Shown: positions 63,721 through 64,000 of the stretch, piece after piece
How the letters are laid out: each line of letters opens with the position of its first letter
Numbering within the stretch: position 1 is the stretch's first letter
Assembly (NCBI GenBank): GCA_964276515.1
Contig: OZ193910.1
Span: 4,030,001 to 4,094,000, forward strand
Direction: 5' to 3'
DNA length: 64,000 nt
Source of the DNA: Gordius albopunctatus
Taxonomy: Eukaryota
Notes under the pieces: generated by a model
Seen by the model: the letters and a program-made list of their open reading frames with translations, nothing else
The model's database searches: none
Told to the model about the DNA's origin: nothing
Program-made: the position numbers and the translations under genes

Positions 63721-64000
63721 TAGTTTACATTCAAATTTTTTAATAAGGTATATGTAATCTGCAAAATTTATTTATAAGAAGGTATGTTTTATTTATATGT
63801 TATGTGATAGAATATACAAATAGTTGGATATATTGTCAATATATTCATTAACATCAACTTCGTTAGAGAGGTATGAAGACAGTAAACGATTGATATTTGC
63901 ATTAATATTATTGTATTTTCTACTGGCAACATGTACTTGTTTACCCTGGGAAATGTGTAAAAGATTTACATCTGTAACGCCCTGATGTTTTATAATAGGA

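Overview
AT-rich animal (invertebrate-like) genomic DNA with GT-AG introns; nothing prokaryotic. The first ~38 kb holds four spliced genes I could build with phase-consistent junctions: the 3' part of ANAPC2 (+), a compact myo-inositol oxygenase with six 34-39 nt introns (+), a 15-exon DCST1/sneaky gene (+), and an unnamed 9-exon, ~550-aa BED zinc-finger gene (-). There is also a second BED-finger exon and a candidate small secreted-peptide gene. Introns are filled with hAT, PIF/Harbinger and Mutator MITEs, Helitrons and DINE-1/HINE-like elements. 38-54 kb is a nested retroelement cluster: two RTE LINE families, a CRE-like LINE, a decayed Gypsy element and a DIRS/hepadna-like RT-RNase H fragment. 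Highlights: (1) a TSD-bounded RTE LINE that starts with a tRNA-derived head, plus a SINE elsewhere in the window sharing its head type, 5' core and 3' tail; (2) a DCST1 coding exon in the loop of two near-identical inverted HINE elements; (3) an RT-RNase H insert with a pol-end, TATA, direct repeat, AATAAA, direct repeat, new ATG layout suggesting a circular or tandem template; (4) an apparently domesticated hAT-type BED-finger gene. All homology calls come from recalled motifs, not database searches.
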